Positions 46,849-55,997 of a DNA stretch of 64,000 nt are shown here, one piece after another. Made by a program: the position numbers and the translations under genes. Every line of letters begins with the position of its first letter. Position 1 is the first letter of the stretch. Under the pieces are notes generated by a model. It had not been told where the DNA came from. It saw only the letters and a list, made by a program, of their open reading frames with translations, and searched no databases. This stretch comes from Longimicrobium sp. GTDB lineage: Bacteria > Gemmatimonadota > Gemmatimonadetes > Longimicrobiales > Longimicrobiaceae. The stretch is taken from NCBI GenBank assembly GCA_036389795.1, contig DASVWD010000057.1, positions 22,681 to 86,680 on the forward strand. Reading direction: 5' to 3'.

Positions 46849-47400
46849 TCAGACCTCCATCACCTCGGCTTCCTTGTGCTTGAGCATCTCGTCGACTTTG
46901 GCGATGTACTGGTCGGTGAGCTTCTGCACCTCGGCCTGCTCGCGCCGCACGTCGTCTTCGGACAGACCCTCGTCCTTCTGGCGGTGCTTGATCTCGTCGT
47001 TGGCGTCCTTGCGCGCCAGGCGCACGGCCACGCGCCCCTCCTCGGCCAGCTTGTGCAGGAGCCGCACGTACTCCCTGCGCCGCTCCTCGGTGAGCGCCGG
47101 GATCGGGATGCGGATGATCTGCCCGTCGTTGGAGGGGTTGAGTCCCAGGTCCGACTCGCGGATCGCCTTCTCGATCTCCTTCATCAGGCCGCGGTCCCAC
47201 GGCTGCACGGTGAGCATGCGCGGCTCGGGAGCGGACACCGTCCCCACCTGGTTGAGCGGCAGCTTCGAGCCGTAGGCGTCCACGCGCACGGTGTCCAGCA
47301 GCTGGGGAGAGGCCTTCCCCGTGCGCACCCCGGCGAACTCGCGGCGCAGCGACTCGAGCGCGCCTTCCATCCGCTGCTTGGCTTTCTGTAGGCTGGGCAT
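46849..47400 (-). CDS. frr: Ribosome recycling factor
   Basis: Internal ATG 47400. Sequence ...GVRTGKASPQLLD.V.V.AYG...PL.Q. Confidence 0.96.
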   Translation of the reverse strand: MPSLQKAKQRMEGALESLRREFAGVRTGKASPQLLDTVRVDAYGSKLPLNQVGTVSAPEPRMLTVQPWDRGLMKEIEKAIRESDLGLNPSNDGQIIRIPIPALTEERRREYVRLLHKLAEEGRVAVRLARKDANDEIKHRQKDEGLSEDDVRREQAEVQKLTDQYIAKVDEMLKHKEAEVMEV

Positions 47401-47446
47401 GGTCGGTCTTGAAGGAGAGGTGGGAGCGGGTCCGCGCAGGACCGGG

Positions 47447-47554
47447 CGAAGTAAAGTCCTGAGTGCCAAGTGCTGAGTCCTGGTGCGGAGCGCGATACGA
47501 TCCGTGCGGTCCAGCACCTCGCACTCAGCACTTCGCACTTCGCACTTCGCACTC
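47447..47554. repeat. Repeat family B copy 2 (six tandem GCACYYN heptamers in the right arm)
   Basis: Sequence ...GAGTGCCAAGTGCTGAGTCC... / GCACCTC-GCACTCA-GCACTTC-GCACTTC-GCACTTC-GCACTC. Abuts the pyrH stop codon. Confidence 0.8.
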
Positions 47555-48294
47555 TACGGGCGCACCAGGGTGCCGACCCGCTCGCCTTGGACCACGCGCG
47601 GCACCGCGCCCGGCTCGTCGAGGTTCAGCACCACCACGGGAGTGTCGTTCTCCTTGCACAGCGAGAGCGCCGCCGCGTCCATCACCCCCAGCTCGCGCGA
47701 GATCGCCTCCAGCATGGTGATCTCGGGGATGAACTGGGCCGTGGGGTCCTTGACGGGGTCGGCCGTGAACACCCCCTCCACCTTGGTGGCCTTGATGATG
47801 ACGTCGGCCTCCATCTCGATCCCGCGCAGCACCGCGGCGCTGTCGGTGGAAAAGTACGGGTTGCCGGTGCCGCCCGCAAAGATCACCACCCGCCCCTTGT
47901 CCAGGTGGCGCAGCGCCCGGCGCCGGATGTACGGCTCGGCCAGCTGCTCCATGCGGATGGCGGTGAGCACGCGCGTGTCGACGCCCTTGCGCTCCAGCCA
48001 GTCCTGGAGCGCGAGGGCGTTGATCACGGTAGCCAGCATCCCCATGTAGTCCGCGTTCACCCGGTCCATCCCCTGCTGAGAGGCCAGGGTGCCGCGCACG
48101 ATGTTCCCCCCGCCGATCACCAGCCCCAGCGCCACGCCCATGTCGTGGACGCGGCGGACCTCGTCGGTGAGCCGGTCCACCACCGGCGGGGAGATCCCGA
48201 ACTTCTGCTCTCCGGCCAGCGCCTCGCCGGAGATCTTGAGCAGGACGCGGCGGTACTTCAGCTCCGCGGCTCGAGCGTCGCCGCCCCCCGTCAC
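47554..48294 (-). CDS. pyrH: UMP kinase
   Basis: GTG start overlaps the tsf stop (GTGA). Sequence [13 protein letters not shown]...GGGN..RG. Confidence 0.95.
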   Translation of the reverse strand: MTGGGDARAAELKYRRVLLKISGEALAGEQKFGISPPVVDRLTDEVRRVHDMGVALGLVIGGGNIVRGTLASQQGMDRVNADYMGMLATVINALALQDWLERKGVDTRVLTAIRMEQLAEPYIRRRALRHLDKGRVVIFAGGTGNPYFSTDSAAVLRGIEMEADVIIKATKVEGVFTADPVKDPTAQFIPEITMLEAISRELGVMDAAALSLCKENDTPVVVLNLDEPGAVPRVVQGERVGTLVRP

Positions 48295-48896
48295 TGCTCG
48301 CCGAGCGCGTAGCGGGTGAAGCGGCGCACCTCGATCTTCTCGCCGGTGCGGCCCGACACCTCGGTGACCAGCTGGCCCACGGTGATGTCGGGGTTCTTCA
48401 CGAACGGCTGCTCCAGGAGCGCGCTCTCGGCGTAGAACTTCTCCAGCTTGCCGTCGACGATCTTGTCCCAGATGTGCTCGGGCTTCCCCGACTCCTTCAC
48501 CTGCTCGCGGTACACGCCGCGCTCGCGCTCCACCAGCTCCGCGGGGAAGTCCTCGCGGCGCACCGCCACGGGGCTGGCCGCGGCGACGTGCATGGCGATG
48601 TCGCGCACCAGCTGCTGGAACTGCTCGGTGCGGGCCACGAAGTCGGTCTCGCAGCCCACCTCCACCAGCACGCCGATGCGCCCGCCCATGTGGATGTAGC
48701 TGCCGATCGCGCCCTCCCTGGTCTCGCGCTCGGCGCGCTTGGCCGCCTTGGCCGCGCCCTTCGCGCGCAGGATGTCGATCGCGCGCTCCATGTCGCCGCC
48801 CGACTCGCCCAGGGCGGCCTTGCACTCCATCATCCCCGCGCCGGTGCGGTCGCGGAGCTCCTTCACGGCCTTGGCCGAGATCTCCGTGGTGCTCAT
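48291..48896 (-). CDS. tsf: Elongation factor Ts (short form)
   Basis: Sequence [24 protein letters not shown]-like N-terminus. 201 aa. Confidence 0.95.
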   Translation of the reverse strand: MSTTEISAKAVKELRDRTGAGMMECKAALGESGGDMERAIDILRAKGAAKAAKRAERETREGAIGSYIHMGGRIGVLVEVGCETDFVARTEQFQQLVRDIAMHVAAASPVAVRREDFPAELVERERGVYREQVKESGKPEHIWDKIVDGKLEKFYAESALLEQPFVKNPDITVGQLVTEVSGRTGEKIEVRRFTRYALGEQ

Positions 48897-48957
48897 CGTC
48901 TTCCAGGCTCCAGTCGGTCCGTTCGTAAGTCCGTCGGAAAGCGCCCCGGGGGCGCTG

Positions 48958-48994
48958 AAAAAACGGGGCCACGAGCGCGCCGCGCCGTGGCCCC
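48958..48994 (-). terminator. Hairpin plus T6 between rpsB and tsf (attenuator/terminator)
   Basis: Minus strand: GGGGCCACG-loop-CGTGGCCCC followed by GTTTTTTC. Confidence 0.6.
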
Positions 48995-49028
48995 GGTACT
49001 CGAAGTCAGCCGTTGGCGCTTCTCGGGC

Positions 49029-49910
49029 TCACGCCTCGTCGCCCCCCTCCTCGCCCGCGCCGCCGATCGCGTTGGCGATGGCGTCGGGACGCGGGCGGCG
49101 CTTGCGGCGGGGCCGGCGGCGGGCGCCGCCGCGGTCCTCGCGGTCGGCCGGCGCGGCGGTGCCGGTCTCGGTGGAGTACACCGTCACCTCGGCCTCGTCG
49201 GCCTGGCGGCGCACCTCGGCCGGCATGGCCGCGCGCGCCTCGATGATGGCGTCGGCCAGCGCCGCCGAGATCACGCTCACCGAGCGGATCGCGTCGTCGT
49301 TGCCGGCGATCGGCACCGTGAGCACGTCGGGGTCGGCGTTGGTGTCGGCGATGGCGATCACCGGGATCCCCAGCTTGTTGGCCTCGGAGATGGCGATCTT
49401 CTCCTTCTTGGCGTCGACCACGAAGAGCGCGCCGGGGAGCCGGGCCATGTCCTTCACCCCCGCCAGGTACTTCTCCAGCCGCTCGCGCTCGCGGCTCAGC
49501 ATCAGGCGCTCCTTCTTGGTGTAGAAGTCGAAGGCGCCCTCCTCCTCGCCACGCTCCAGCTCGCGCAGCCGGCGGATCTGCTTCTTGATGGTGGCGAAGT
49601 TGGTGAGCATCCCGCCCAGCCAGCGCTCCGTCACGTGGAACGAGCTGCTGCGCTCGGCCTCGCCCTGGATCACCTGGCGGAGCTGCTTCTTGGTGCACAC
49701 GAAGAGCACGCGGTCGCCCCGCATGACCACGTTCTTCACCAGCTCCTGCGCCAGCTCGATCTGCCGGAGCGTCTTCTTGAGGTCGATGATGTAGATGCCG
49801 TTCCGCTCCGCGAAGATGAACTTGCGCATCTTCGGGTTCCAGCGGGACGTCTGGTGTCCGAAGTGGACACCGGCTTCCAGGAGGTCCTGGATGGTGGGCT
49901 GCGTCGCCAT
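49029..49910 (-). CDS. rpsB: 30S ribosomal protein S2
   Basis: Sequence LLEAGVHFGHQTSRWNPKM... Basic/acidic C-terminal extension. Confidence 0.97.
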   Translation of the reverse strand: MATQPTIQDLLEAGVHFGHQTSRWNPKMRKFIFAERNGIYIIDLKKTLRQIELAQELVKNVVMRGDRVLFVCTKKQLRQVIQGEAERSSSFHVTERWLGGMLTNFATIKKQIRRLRELERGEEEGAFDFYTKKERLMLSRERERLEKYLAGVKDMARLPGALFVVDAKKEKIAISEANKLGIPVIAIADTNADPDVLTVPIAGNDDAIRSVSVISAALADAIIEARAAMPAEVRRQADEAEVTVYSTETGTAAPADREDRGGARRRPRRKRRPRPDAIANAIGGAGEEGGDEA

Positions 49911-50056
49911 GCTTCAAGCCTGGTGGATTCGGGTTTGCCCGGGAGCGCCGTCTCGCGCCCCCGGCCTCCACCGCCGTCATCCGCCGGGCCCCGACCGCGT
50001 GGAGCGGCACCCGGGGCGGCGTCGGGCGGTGTGTGGGATGAGTGTGCCCGCGGATT

Positions 50057-50096
50057 CGGCAAACGCGCGGCGCGGACGAAAGCCCGCGCCGCGCGA
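50057..50096 (-). terminator. Terminator hairpin after rpsI
   Basis: 12-bp GC stem CGCGCGGCGCGG / CCGCGCCGCGCG. The minus strand continues TTTGCCG, 20 nt after the stop. Confidence 0.55.
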
Positions 50097-50115
50097 CCTG
50101 CCAGCGCCCCGCGGC

Positions 50116-50508
50116 TTAGCGCTTGGAGAACTGGAAGCGCTTGCGCGCGCCCGGCCGGCCGGGCTTCTTGCGCTCCACCTCGCGCGGGTCGCGCGTGAGC
50201 AGCGCCTCGGAGCGCAGCTTGCCGCGGAACTCCTCGTTGACCTTGAGGAGCGCACGGGCCAGGCCCAGGCGGATGGCGTCGGCCTGGCCGCGCAGGCCAC
50301 CGCCGTTCACCGTCACCTTCACGTCGTACTGCCCCTCGGTCTCGGTGGCCGCCAGCGGCCGGGTGGCCGACTGCTGGAGCACCTGCCGCGGCAGGTAGTC
50401 CTTGAGGTCGCGCCCGTTGACCTCCCACTTCCCCGAGCCGGGGCGGAGGTAGACGCGGGCGACCGAGGTCTTGCGGCGGCCGATGGCGTGGAACTGTTCA
50501 GTGGCCAT
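50116..50508 (-). CDS. rpsI: 30S ribosomal protein S9
   Basis: 130 aa, ending ...RKKPGRPGARKRFQFSKR. Confidence 0.97.
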   Translation of the reverse strand: MATEQFHAIGRRKTSVARVYLRPGSGKWEVNGRDLKDYLPRQVLQQSATRPLAATETEGQYDVKVTVNGGGLRGQADAIRLGLARALLKVNEEFRGKLRSEALLTRDPREVERKKPGRPGARKRFQFSKR

Positions 50509-50511
50509 GCT

Positions 50512-50949
50512 CTAGCGGGATCCGATGTTGAGGGGTTCCGGGCTCTGCGCCTGGTGCGGGTGCTCGGACCCCGCGTACACCTTGAGCTTCTGGCGCATCT
50601 GCCGGCCCAGGGCGCCCTTGGGGAGCATCCCCTTGACCGCCAGCTCCACCACGCGCTCGGGGTGCTTGGCCAGCATCTCCTTGAAGGGGATGAACTTCTC
50701 GTGGCCCATGTACCCCGTGTGGCGGAAGTAGGTCTTCTGGTCGGCCTTGCTCCCGGTGAGCTGCACCTTGTCGGCGTTGACCACCACCACGTAGTCGCCG
50801 GTGTCCAGGTGCGGGGTGTAGGTCGGCTTGTGCTTGCCGCGGAGGATGCGCGCAACTTCCGTCGCCACGCGGCCCAGGACCTTCCCGGCGGCGTCGACGA
50901 CGTACCACTTGCGCTCGATCTCTCCGGCCTTGACGGAATACGTCTTCAT
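50512..50949 (-). CDS. rplM: 50S ribosomal protein L13
   Basis: Internal ATG. Sequence [27 protein letters not shown]... Confidence 0.97.
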   Translation of the reverse strand: MKTYSVKAGEIERKWYVVDAAGKVLGRVATEVARILRGKHKPTYTPHLDTGDYVVVVNADKVQLTGSKADQKTYFRHTGYMGHEKFIPFKEMLAKHPERVVELAVKGMLPKGALGRQMRQKLKVYAGSEHPHQAQSPEPLNIGSR

Positions 50950-51079
50950 GAGGCTTTCCGCGTTCGGCGCACCCCACCGGGCGCGCCTGCCGCCGGCCAC
51001 GCGCCGGCGCTGGAAGTAATGAAAAAATCACCGCCCCGGCGGGCCCGAGGCGGACGAGGCGTGGTCGGGACAGACGGGT

Positions 51080-51108
51080 AGAATAGCGGAACGGCCGCCG
51101 CGTGTCAA
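51080..51108 (-). promoter_or_regulatory. Sigma-70-type promoter for rplM-rpsI (TTGACA-N17-TATTCT)
   Basis: Minus strand reads TTGACAcgcggcggccgttccgcTATTCT. The -35 hexamer lies in the loop of the upstream terminator hairpin. Confidence 0.55.
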
Positions 51109-51120
51109 CCCGCGGCGGCC
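51093..51120 (-). terminator. Terminator hairpin of the low-GC cassette
   Basis: Perfect 10-bp stem GGCCGCCGCG / CGCGGCGGCC with an 8-nt loop, 14 nt after the 203-aa gene stop. Confidence 0.5.
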
Positions 51121-51133
51121 GTCCCGGTCCACG

Positions 51134-51745
51134 TCACGCGGGGTTCGCGGAGAGCCACTGCGTGACGAGGCCCACCAGGTCCTGGAAGGTCAGTTCTTCC
51201 GCCCGGAGCCCGACCCTTCTCGCCAGACGAGGGAGCCGCTCCATGAAGCGCAGGTACCTCTCGTACATGACGCTCCCGCCCGGCAACGTCCGGGGCGGGC
51301 TCCAGGTCACCAGCACGTCCCGCACGCAACGGATCAGTTCCGCCTCGTCGCCGCCGTGGGCGCGGATGTCCTGTCCCGCGATATCGCTGCAGAAAGCCTG
51401 ATAGCGGTAGCGCTCCCGGTCGAAGATGATGCAGGCTTTCACGCGCTGCTTCGAGTCGCCGAAGTGCTTCGCACCAAGAAAGAGACCGAGTTCCAGCGGC
51501 ATGTTGAATCTGGGAAGACGCGAGCCTTCATCCAGTTCCGTGCGCGAGATGTCGTGCACGCCGTACCTCGACTCCTCGACGATTCGAACGATCTTGTGAA
51601 TGCGAACTTCACTCCCGTCTTCGACCTCGAGCGCGCACCGCGGTATGAAGCCGCAGTCCTGAACCGCAAACACGAGGGCCCGAAACAGCCGGTGGTACTC
51701 GTGGTCGAACGGACAGTTGATGAAGACGTTTCGTTCGTAGGGCAT
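51134..51745 (-). CDS. Uncharacterised protein with a TIR-like/nucleoside 2-deoxyribosyltransferase-like N-terminal pattern
   Basis: 203 aa. Motifs VFINCPFD, IVRIVEESRYGVHDISR, FNMPLELGLFLGAK and ACIIFD. Local GC is about 57% (two 60-nt lines counted). Fold assignment is inference only. Confidence 0.7.
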   Translation of the reverse strand: MPYERNVFINCPFDHEYHRLFRALVFAVQDCGFIPRCALEVEDGSEVRIHKIVRIVEESRYGVHDISRTELDEGSRLPRFNMPLELGLFLGAKHFGDSKQRVKACIIFDRERYRYQAFCSDIAGQDIRAHGGDEAELIRCVRDVLVTWSPPRTLPGGSVMYERYLRFMERLPRLARRVGLRAEELTFQDLVGLVTQWLSANPA

Positions 51746-51748
51746 GCG

Positions 51749-51937
51749 CTAGGCGGCACTCCGGTCGCGGCCACCCTTGCGCCGGTCTCGTGCCGCAGCA
51801 CGCGCGGCGGCCTCCTCGGCCAGGCGATCTTCTTCCATCACCTCCAGAACCGCCCGGCGAGCCTCTTCAGGGGTGAAGTGCGTGGGCGGAAACGGCGGCG
51901 GCAGGATCTCGCGCAGGGGCTTCTTCTTCGTGGCCAT
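51749..51937 (-). CDS. Small protein (62 aa) coupled to the 203-aa gene
   Basis: GGAG lies 8 nt upstream of the ATG. The stop is 3 nt before the downstream ATG. Sequence MATKKKPLREILPPPFPPTHFTPEEARRAVLEVMEEDRL... Confidence 0.55.
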   Translation of the reverse strand: MATKKKPLREILPPPFPPTHFTPEEARRAVLEVMEEDRLAEEAAARAAARDRRKGGRDRSAA

Positions 51938-52051
51938 GGAGGTCTCCGGGTGCCGGGGTCGAACGCACGACCCGGAACTTACACTCCGGACGACCGTCGC
52001 GGAAGGCTCCGCGACGAAGCGGCCAGCGGCCGGACGGAAGGCGCGAAAACG

Positions 52052-52909
52052 CTACTGGAGGAAGGTCTCGAGGAAGCGGGCGCGGGACTGGTGGCGGAGC
52101 CGGAGCAGCGCCTTCTCCTTGATCTGCCGGACGCGCTCGCGGGTGATGCCGAAGCTCTCGCCGATCTGCTCCAGCGTCATCGGCTCGGTGTCGCCCAGGC
52201 CGAAGTACAGGCGCAGCACCTTGGCCTCGCGCTCGGTGAGCGTGGAGAGGGCGTCGTCGATGCTGCGCTTGAGCGCGTGCTCGTAGACTTCGTCGTCGGG
52301 GCCGGGGGAGAACTGGTCGGAGAGGTAGTCGAGGAGCTGGCCGTCTTCGCCGGGGACCAGGGGTGCGTCGAGGGAGAGGTAGACCTGCGACATCGCCAGG
52401 GCGTGGCTGATCTCGTCCTCGGGGACGTCCAGCTCTTCGGCGATCTCCTGCAGCGTGGGCTCGCGCCCCAGCTCCTGCGTCATGGCCGAGGAGCGCCGCC
52501 CGATGCGGTGCACGGCGCCGGCGCGCGAGAGGGGGACGCGCACGATGCGCGACTGCTCGGCCAGGGCCTGCAGGATCGCCTGGCGGATCCACCACACGGC
52601 GTAGGAGATGAACTTGATCCCCTTGGTCTCGTCGAACTTCCGGGCGGCGCGGATCAGCCCGATGTTCCCCTCGTTGATGAGGTCGGCCAGCGACACGCCC
52701 TGGTTCTGGTACTTCTTGGCCACCGCCACCACGAAGCGCAGGTTGGAGCGGACCAGGTTCTCCAGCGCGTCGCCGTCGCCGTCGCGGATGCGCCGGGCGA
52801 GGTTCCCCTCCTCGTCGCGGTCGATGAGCGGGTAGGCGCTGATCTCGCGGAGGTACTGGTCCAGCGATTCCGACTCGGCTGCGATCTTCTTGGGCGGGCT
52901 GAACGTCAT
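52052..52909 (-). CDS. RNA polymerase sigma factor, RpoD/sigma-70 family (short, 285 aa)
   Basis: Internal ATG 52909. Regions 2-4: NLRFVVAVAKKY, GNIGLIRAARKFD, YAVWWIRQAI and TLEQIGESFGITRERVRQI. Confidence 0.93.
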   Translation of the reverse strand: MTFSPPKKIAAESESLDQYLREISAYPLIDRDEEGNLARRIRDGDGDALENLVRSNLRFVVAVAKKYQNQGVSLADLINEGNIGLIRAARKFDETKGIKFISYAVWWIRQAILQALAEQSRIVRVPLSRAGAVHRIGRRSSAMTQELGREPTLQEIAEELDVPEDEISHALAMSQVYLSLDAPLVPGEDGQLLDYLSDQFSPGPDDEVYEHALKRSIDDALSTLTEREAKVLRLYFGLGDTEPMTLEQIGESFGITRERVRQIKEKALLRLRHQSRARFLETFLQ

Positions 52910-53205
52910 GGGGTGCTCCGGCTCACGGAACAGGGACGGCAGCTTCGATGGAGATCCGGGAGGAAACTGCGCGGGGTTGGCGCTGGCGACCGGACGGGAC
53001 CGAAAGACGGGCTCCGGGTGAGACGCACGGCCGCCGGAGCGAGGCGGGGACTTCCCCCGGGGCCGGATCACCGGCTGGAACATCGCAGGCCCGCCCCCAT
53101 GGTGTCAAGCCCTCCCCCCGGGAATTCCCCCGGGGAGCGCGGCGGGTGCAAAAACCCGCGTTGCCATTGCACCGCCTTGACCGCTCCGGCGGGGCGGGAG
53201 GAGCC

Positions 53206-54003
53206 TCAGTGGATGAGCTCGCCGATGCGGCTCCAGCGCACGTCGGTGATCCACGACAGGGGGTTGGAGATGTCCTTCTCGAACGAGTAGTAGACGAACA
53301 TCGGCCGGCCCTTGACGGCGTCGGCGGAGAGGAAGCCCCAGAAGCGGGAGTCCTCGGAGTTGTCGCGGTTGTCGCCCAGGGCGAAGAACTTCCCCGTCGG
53401 CACCACGAGGGGGCCCCAGTTGTCGCGGGTGGGGCGGTAGTCGGACCAGTGCCGGGGGCGCTCGACCAGGTACTCCACCTGCCAGAACATCTCCTCGTGC
53501 GGCGGGTCGGTGAGCGGGTCGGTGTGGCGGACGTACGGCTCCACCTGACGCACGCCGTTCAGGTAGAGCACCTTGTCCTTCATCTCCAGCGTGTCGCCGC
53601 CGACGCCCACGATGCGCTTGACGTAGTTGCGGTGCGGGTCGTGGGGCGGCAGGAACACCACCACGTCGCCGCGCCGGGGGTGCGAGAAGGCGGGGAGGCG
53701 CGTGTGGGTGATGGGGAGCTCGGCCCCGTAGACGGCCTTGTTGACCAGCAGGAAGTCGCCCACCAGCAGGGTGCCCTCCATGCTCCCGGTGGGGATCTTG
53801 AACGCCTCGAAGAGGAAGGTGCGGATCACCAGGAAGAGCACGATGGCCGTGCTGATGGCCTTGGTCCACTCCCACATCCACCGCCCGGTGGACATGGACC
53901 CGCGGGTCTCGTCGGCGGTCTTGCGGCGCTCCATGTCCGCCCTCTCGGCCGAGAGGCGGGACGGGCGGGGCTCGGAGCCCGGGGCGGGGATGGGCTGGTC
54001 CAT
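53206..54003 (-). CDS. lepB: Signal peptidase I
   Basis: Motifs IPTGSMEGTL, YVKRIVGVGGD and GDNRDNSEDSRFWG. Start at ATG 54003. Confidence 0.93.
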   Translation of the reverse strand: MDQPIPAPGSEPRPSRLSAERADMERRKTADETRGSMSTGRWMWEWTKAISTAIVLFLVIRTFLFEAFKIPTGSMEGTLLVGDFLLVNKAVYGAELPITHTRLPAFSHPRRGDVVVFLPPHDPHRNYVKRIVGVGGDTLEMKDKVLYLNGVRQVEPYVRHTDPLTDPPHEEMFWQVEYLVERPRHWSDYRPTRDNWGPLVVPTGKFFALGDNRDNSEDSRFWGFLSADAVKGRPMFVYYSFEKDISNPLSWITDVRWSRIGELIH

Positions 54004-54097
54004 GCTCGTAGGGGCTGGGGCACTGCGGACGGGCGCCTCCGGGCGGAGGCGCCCCGGCGGGTCGGTACACGCAAGGCAGGGACCCGTTCCGGAACTG

Positions 54098-54194
54098 CCA
54101 GTGCGAAGTGCGAAGTGCTCGGGAAACCCAGCCGCCCGACGCTTCGTACCCGCACCGGGCCGTTGAAGCACTTCGCACTCAGCACTTCGCACTT
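54098..54194. repeat. Repeat family B copy 3
   Basis: Sequence CCAGTGCGAAGTGCGAAGTGCTCGGG ... GAAGCACTTCGCACTCAGCACTTCGCACTT, between lepB and the aldehyde dehydrogenase gene. Confidence 0.8.
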
Positions 54195-54199
54195 TTCGG

Positions 54200-55702
54200 T
54201 CAGTACGGCGCCGCGTCGTAGTTGTCGATCTGGGCGCGCTGCAGCTTCCCGGAGTAGTCAAGATAACACACCTTGGTCTCCGAGTAGAACTCGTACACCT
54301 CCCAGCCGCCCTCGCGGTGGCCGTTGCCGGTCTGCTTGACGCCCCCGAACGGCAGGTGCGCCTCGGCGCCGATGGTGGGGGCGTTCACGTAGGTGATGCC
54401 GTTGTCCAGCTCGCGCATGGCCCGGAAGGAGAGGTTCACGTCGCGGGTGTACACGGAGCTGGAGAGGCCGTACTTCACCTCGTTGTTGATGCGGAACGCC
54501 TCGTCGGCCTCGCGGAAGCGCAGCACCGAGAGCACGGGGCCGAAGATCTCCTCGGTGGCCAGCCGCGAGCCGGGCCTGACCCCGGTGAAGATGGTGGGGC
54601 GGAAGAAGAAGCCGCGGTCCACCCCGTCGCCCGCGGGGCGCTCGCCGCCCAGCTCCAGCGAGGCGCCCTCCTCGCGCCCGATGCAGACGTAGCGCTCCAC
54701 CTTGTCGCGCGCGGGCTCGTTGATGAGCGGGCCCACGTCCACGCCGTCCTCCAGCCCGTAGCCGAGCTTGAGCCCCTTCGCGCGATCCACCAGCCGGCCG
54801 ATGAACTCGTCGTGGATCTCGTCCTGGAGGAGGAGGCGGCTGGTGGCGGTGCAGCGCTGCCCCGTGGTGCCGAAGGCGCCCCAGAGCACGCCGTCGAGCG
54901 CCAGGTCCAGGTCGGCGTCGGCCATCACGATCTGCGCGTTCTTGCCGCCCATCTCCAGCGACAGCCGCTTGTGCATCTCGCCGCAGACGCGGCCGATCAC
55001 CTTCCCCGTCTCGGTGGAGCCGGTGAAGGAGATCACGGGCACGCGCGGGTGCTCGACGATGGCCGCGCCCACCTCCTCGCCGTAGCCGTGGACGAGGTTC
55101 ACCACGCCCGGCGGCAGCCCCGCCTCCTCCAGCACCTCCACCAGCAGGCTGACGGTGTGGGGGACGTCTTCGGCGGGCTTGATCACCACCGTGTTCCCGC
55201 ACACCAGCGCGGGGAACATCTTCCAGGTGGGAATGGCCAGCGGGAAGTTGAAGGGGGTGATGAGCCCGCAGACGCCGATCGGGCGGCGGTAGCTCATCGC
55301 CCACTTGTTGCGCAGCTCCGACGGCACGGTGTGGCCGAAGAGGCGGCGCCCCTCGGTGGCCGCGTAGTAGGCGGTGTCGATCCCCTCCTGCACGTCGCCG
55401 CGCGTCTCGGTGAGCACCTTGCCCATCTCGCGGGTGGCGGCGCGCGCGATCTCGTCCTTGCGCTCGGTGAGCAGGTCGCCCACGCGCTTGAGCAGGCTCC
55501 CCCGCTCGGGCGCTGGCGTCGTCCGCCAGCCGTCGAACGCCTTCCAGGCGGCCTCGACGGCGCGGTCCACGTCCTCGCGCCCCGAGCGCGGCCAGAGCCC
55601 GATCAGGTCCTGCTGGTCGGCCGGGTTGCGGTTCTCGAAATAGTCGCCCGTCGACGGCTCGACCCAGCGGCCGCCGATGTAGTTCTTGAAGGTTTCCGAC
55701 AT
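54200..55702 (-). CDS. NAD(P)-dependent aldehyde dehydrogenase family protein
   Basis: 500 aa. Motifs FTGSTETGK, LEMGGKNA and GQRCTA (catalytic Cys). Confidence 0.93.
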   Translation of the reverse strand: MSETFKNYIGGRWVEPSTGDYFENRNPADQQDLIGLWPRSGREDVDRAVEAAWKAFDGWRTTPAPERGSLLKRVGDLLTERKDEIARAATREMGKVLTETRGDVQEGIDTAYYAATEGRRLFGHTVPSELRNKWAMSYRRPIGVCGLITPFNFPLAIPTWKMFPALVCGNTVVIKPAEDVPHTVSLLVEVLEEAGLPPGVVNLVHGYGEEVGAAIVEHPRVPVISFTGSTETGKVIGRVCGEMHKRLSLEMGGKNAQIVMADADLDLALDGVLWGAFGTTGQRCTATSRLLLQDEIHDEFIGRLVDRAKGLKLGYGLEDGVDVGPLINEPARDKVERYVCIGREEGASLELGGERPAGDGVDRGFFFRPTIFTGVRPGSRLATEEIFGPVLSVLRFREADEAFRINNEVKYGLSSSVYTRDVNLSFRAMRELDNGITYVNAPTIGAEAHLPFGGVKQTGNGHREGGWEVYEFYSETKVCYLDYSGKLQRAQIDNYDAAPY

Positions 55703-55746
55703 GGGGAGTGCGCGAGTGCGTGGGTGCGGAAGTGCGGGAGGCGGGA
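55703..55746. repeat. Repeat family C copy (five tandem octamers)
   Basis: Sequence GAGTGCGC-GAGTGCGT-GGGTGCGG-AAGTGCGG-GAGGCGGG, directly upstream of the aldehyde dehydrogenase ATG. Confidence 0.65.
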
Positions 55747-55997
55747 CGCGGCAGCCGCCCGGCTCTCGGATCGAGGCGGCGGGAATCTAACCCGCTCCCC
55801 CGCCCCGCGCCAACCCACTCCGCGCGGACTCCGCGCTCCGCCCGTCTGCGGAGATGGGCCCGTTGCGCTCTCTTGGGCTCAGCGCATGGACATTCAGGTT
55901 GACAGAGCGTCGGATAAAGTGTGATGATGAATGGCGCTCACCGGGCGGCCGCCGGACTCCACCGCCGCCCCAAGTCCACGCGTTCGGAGGAGGACCC

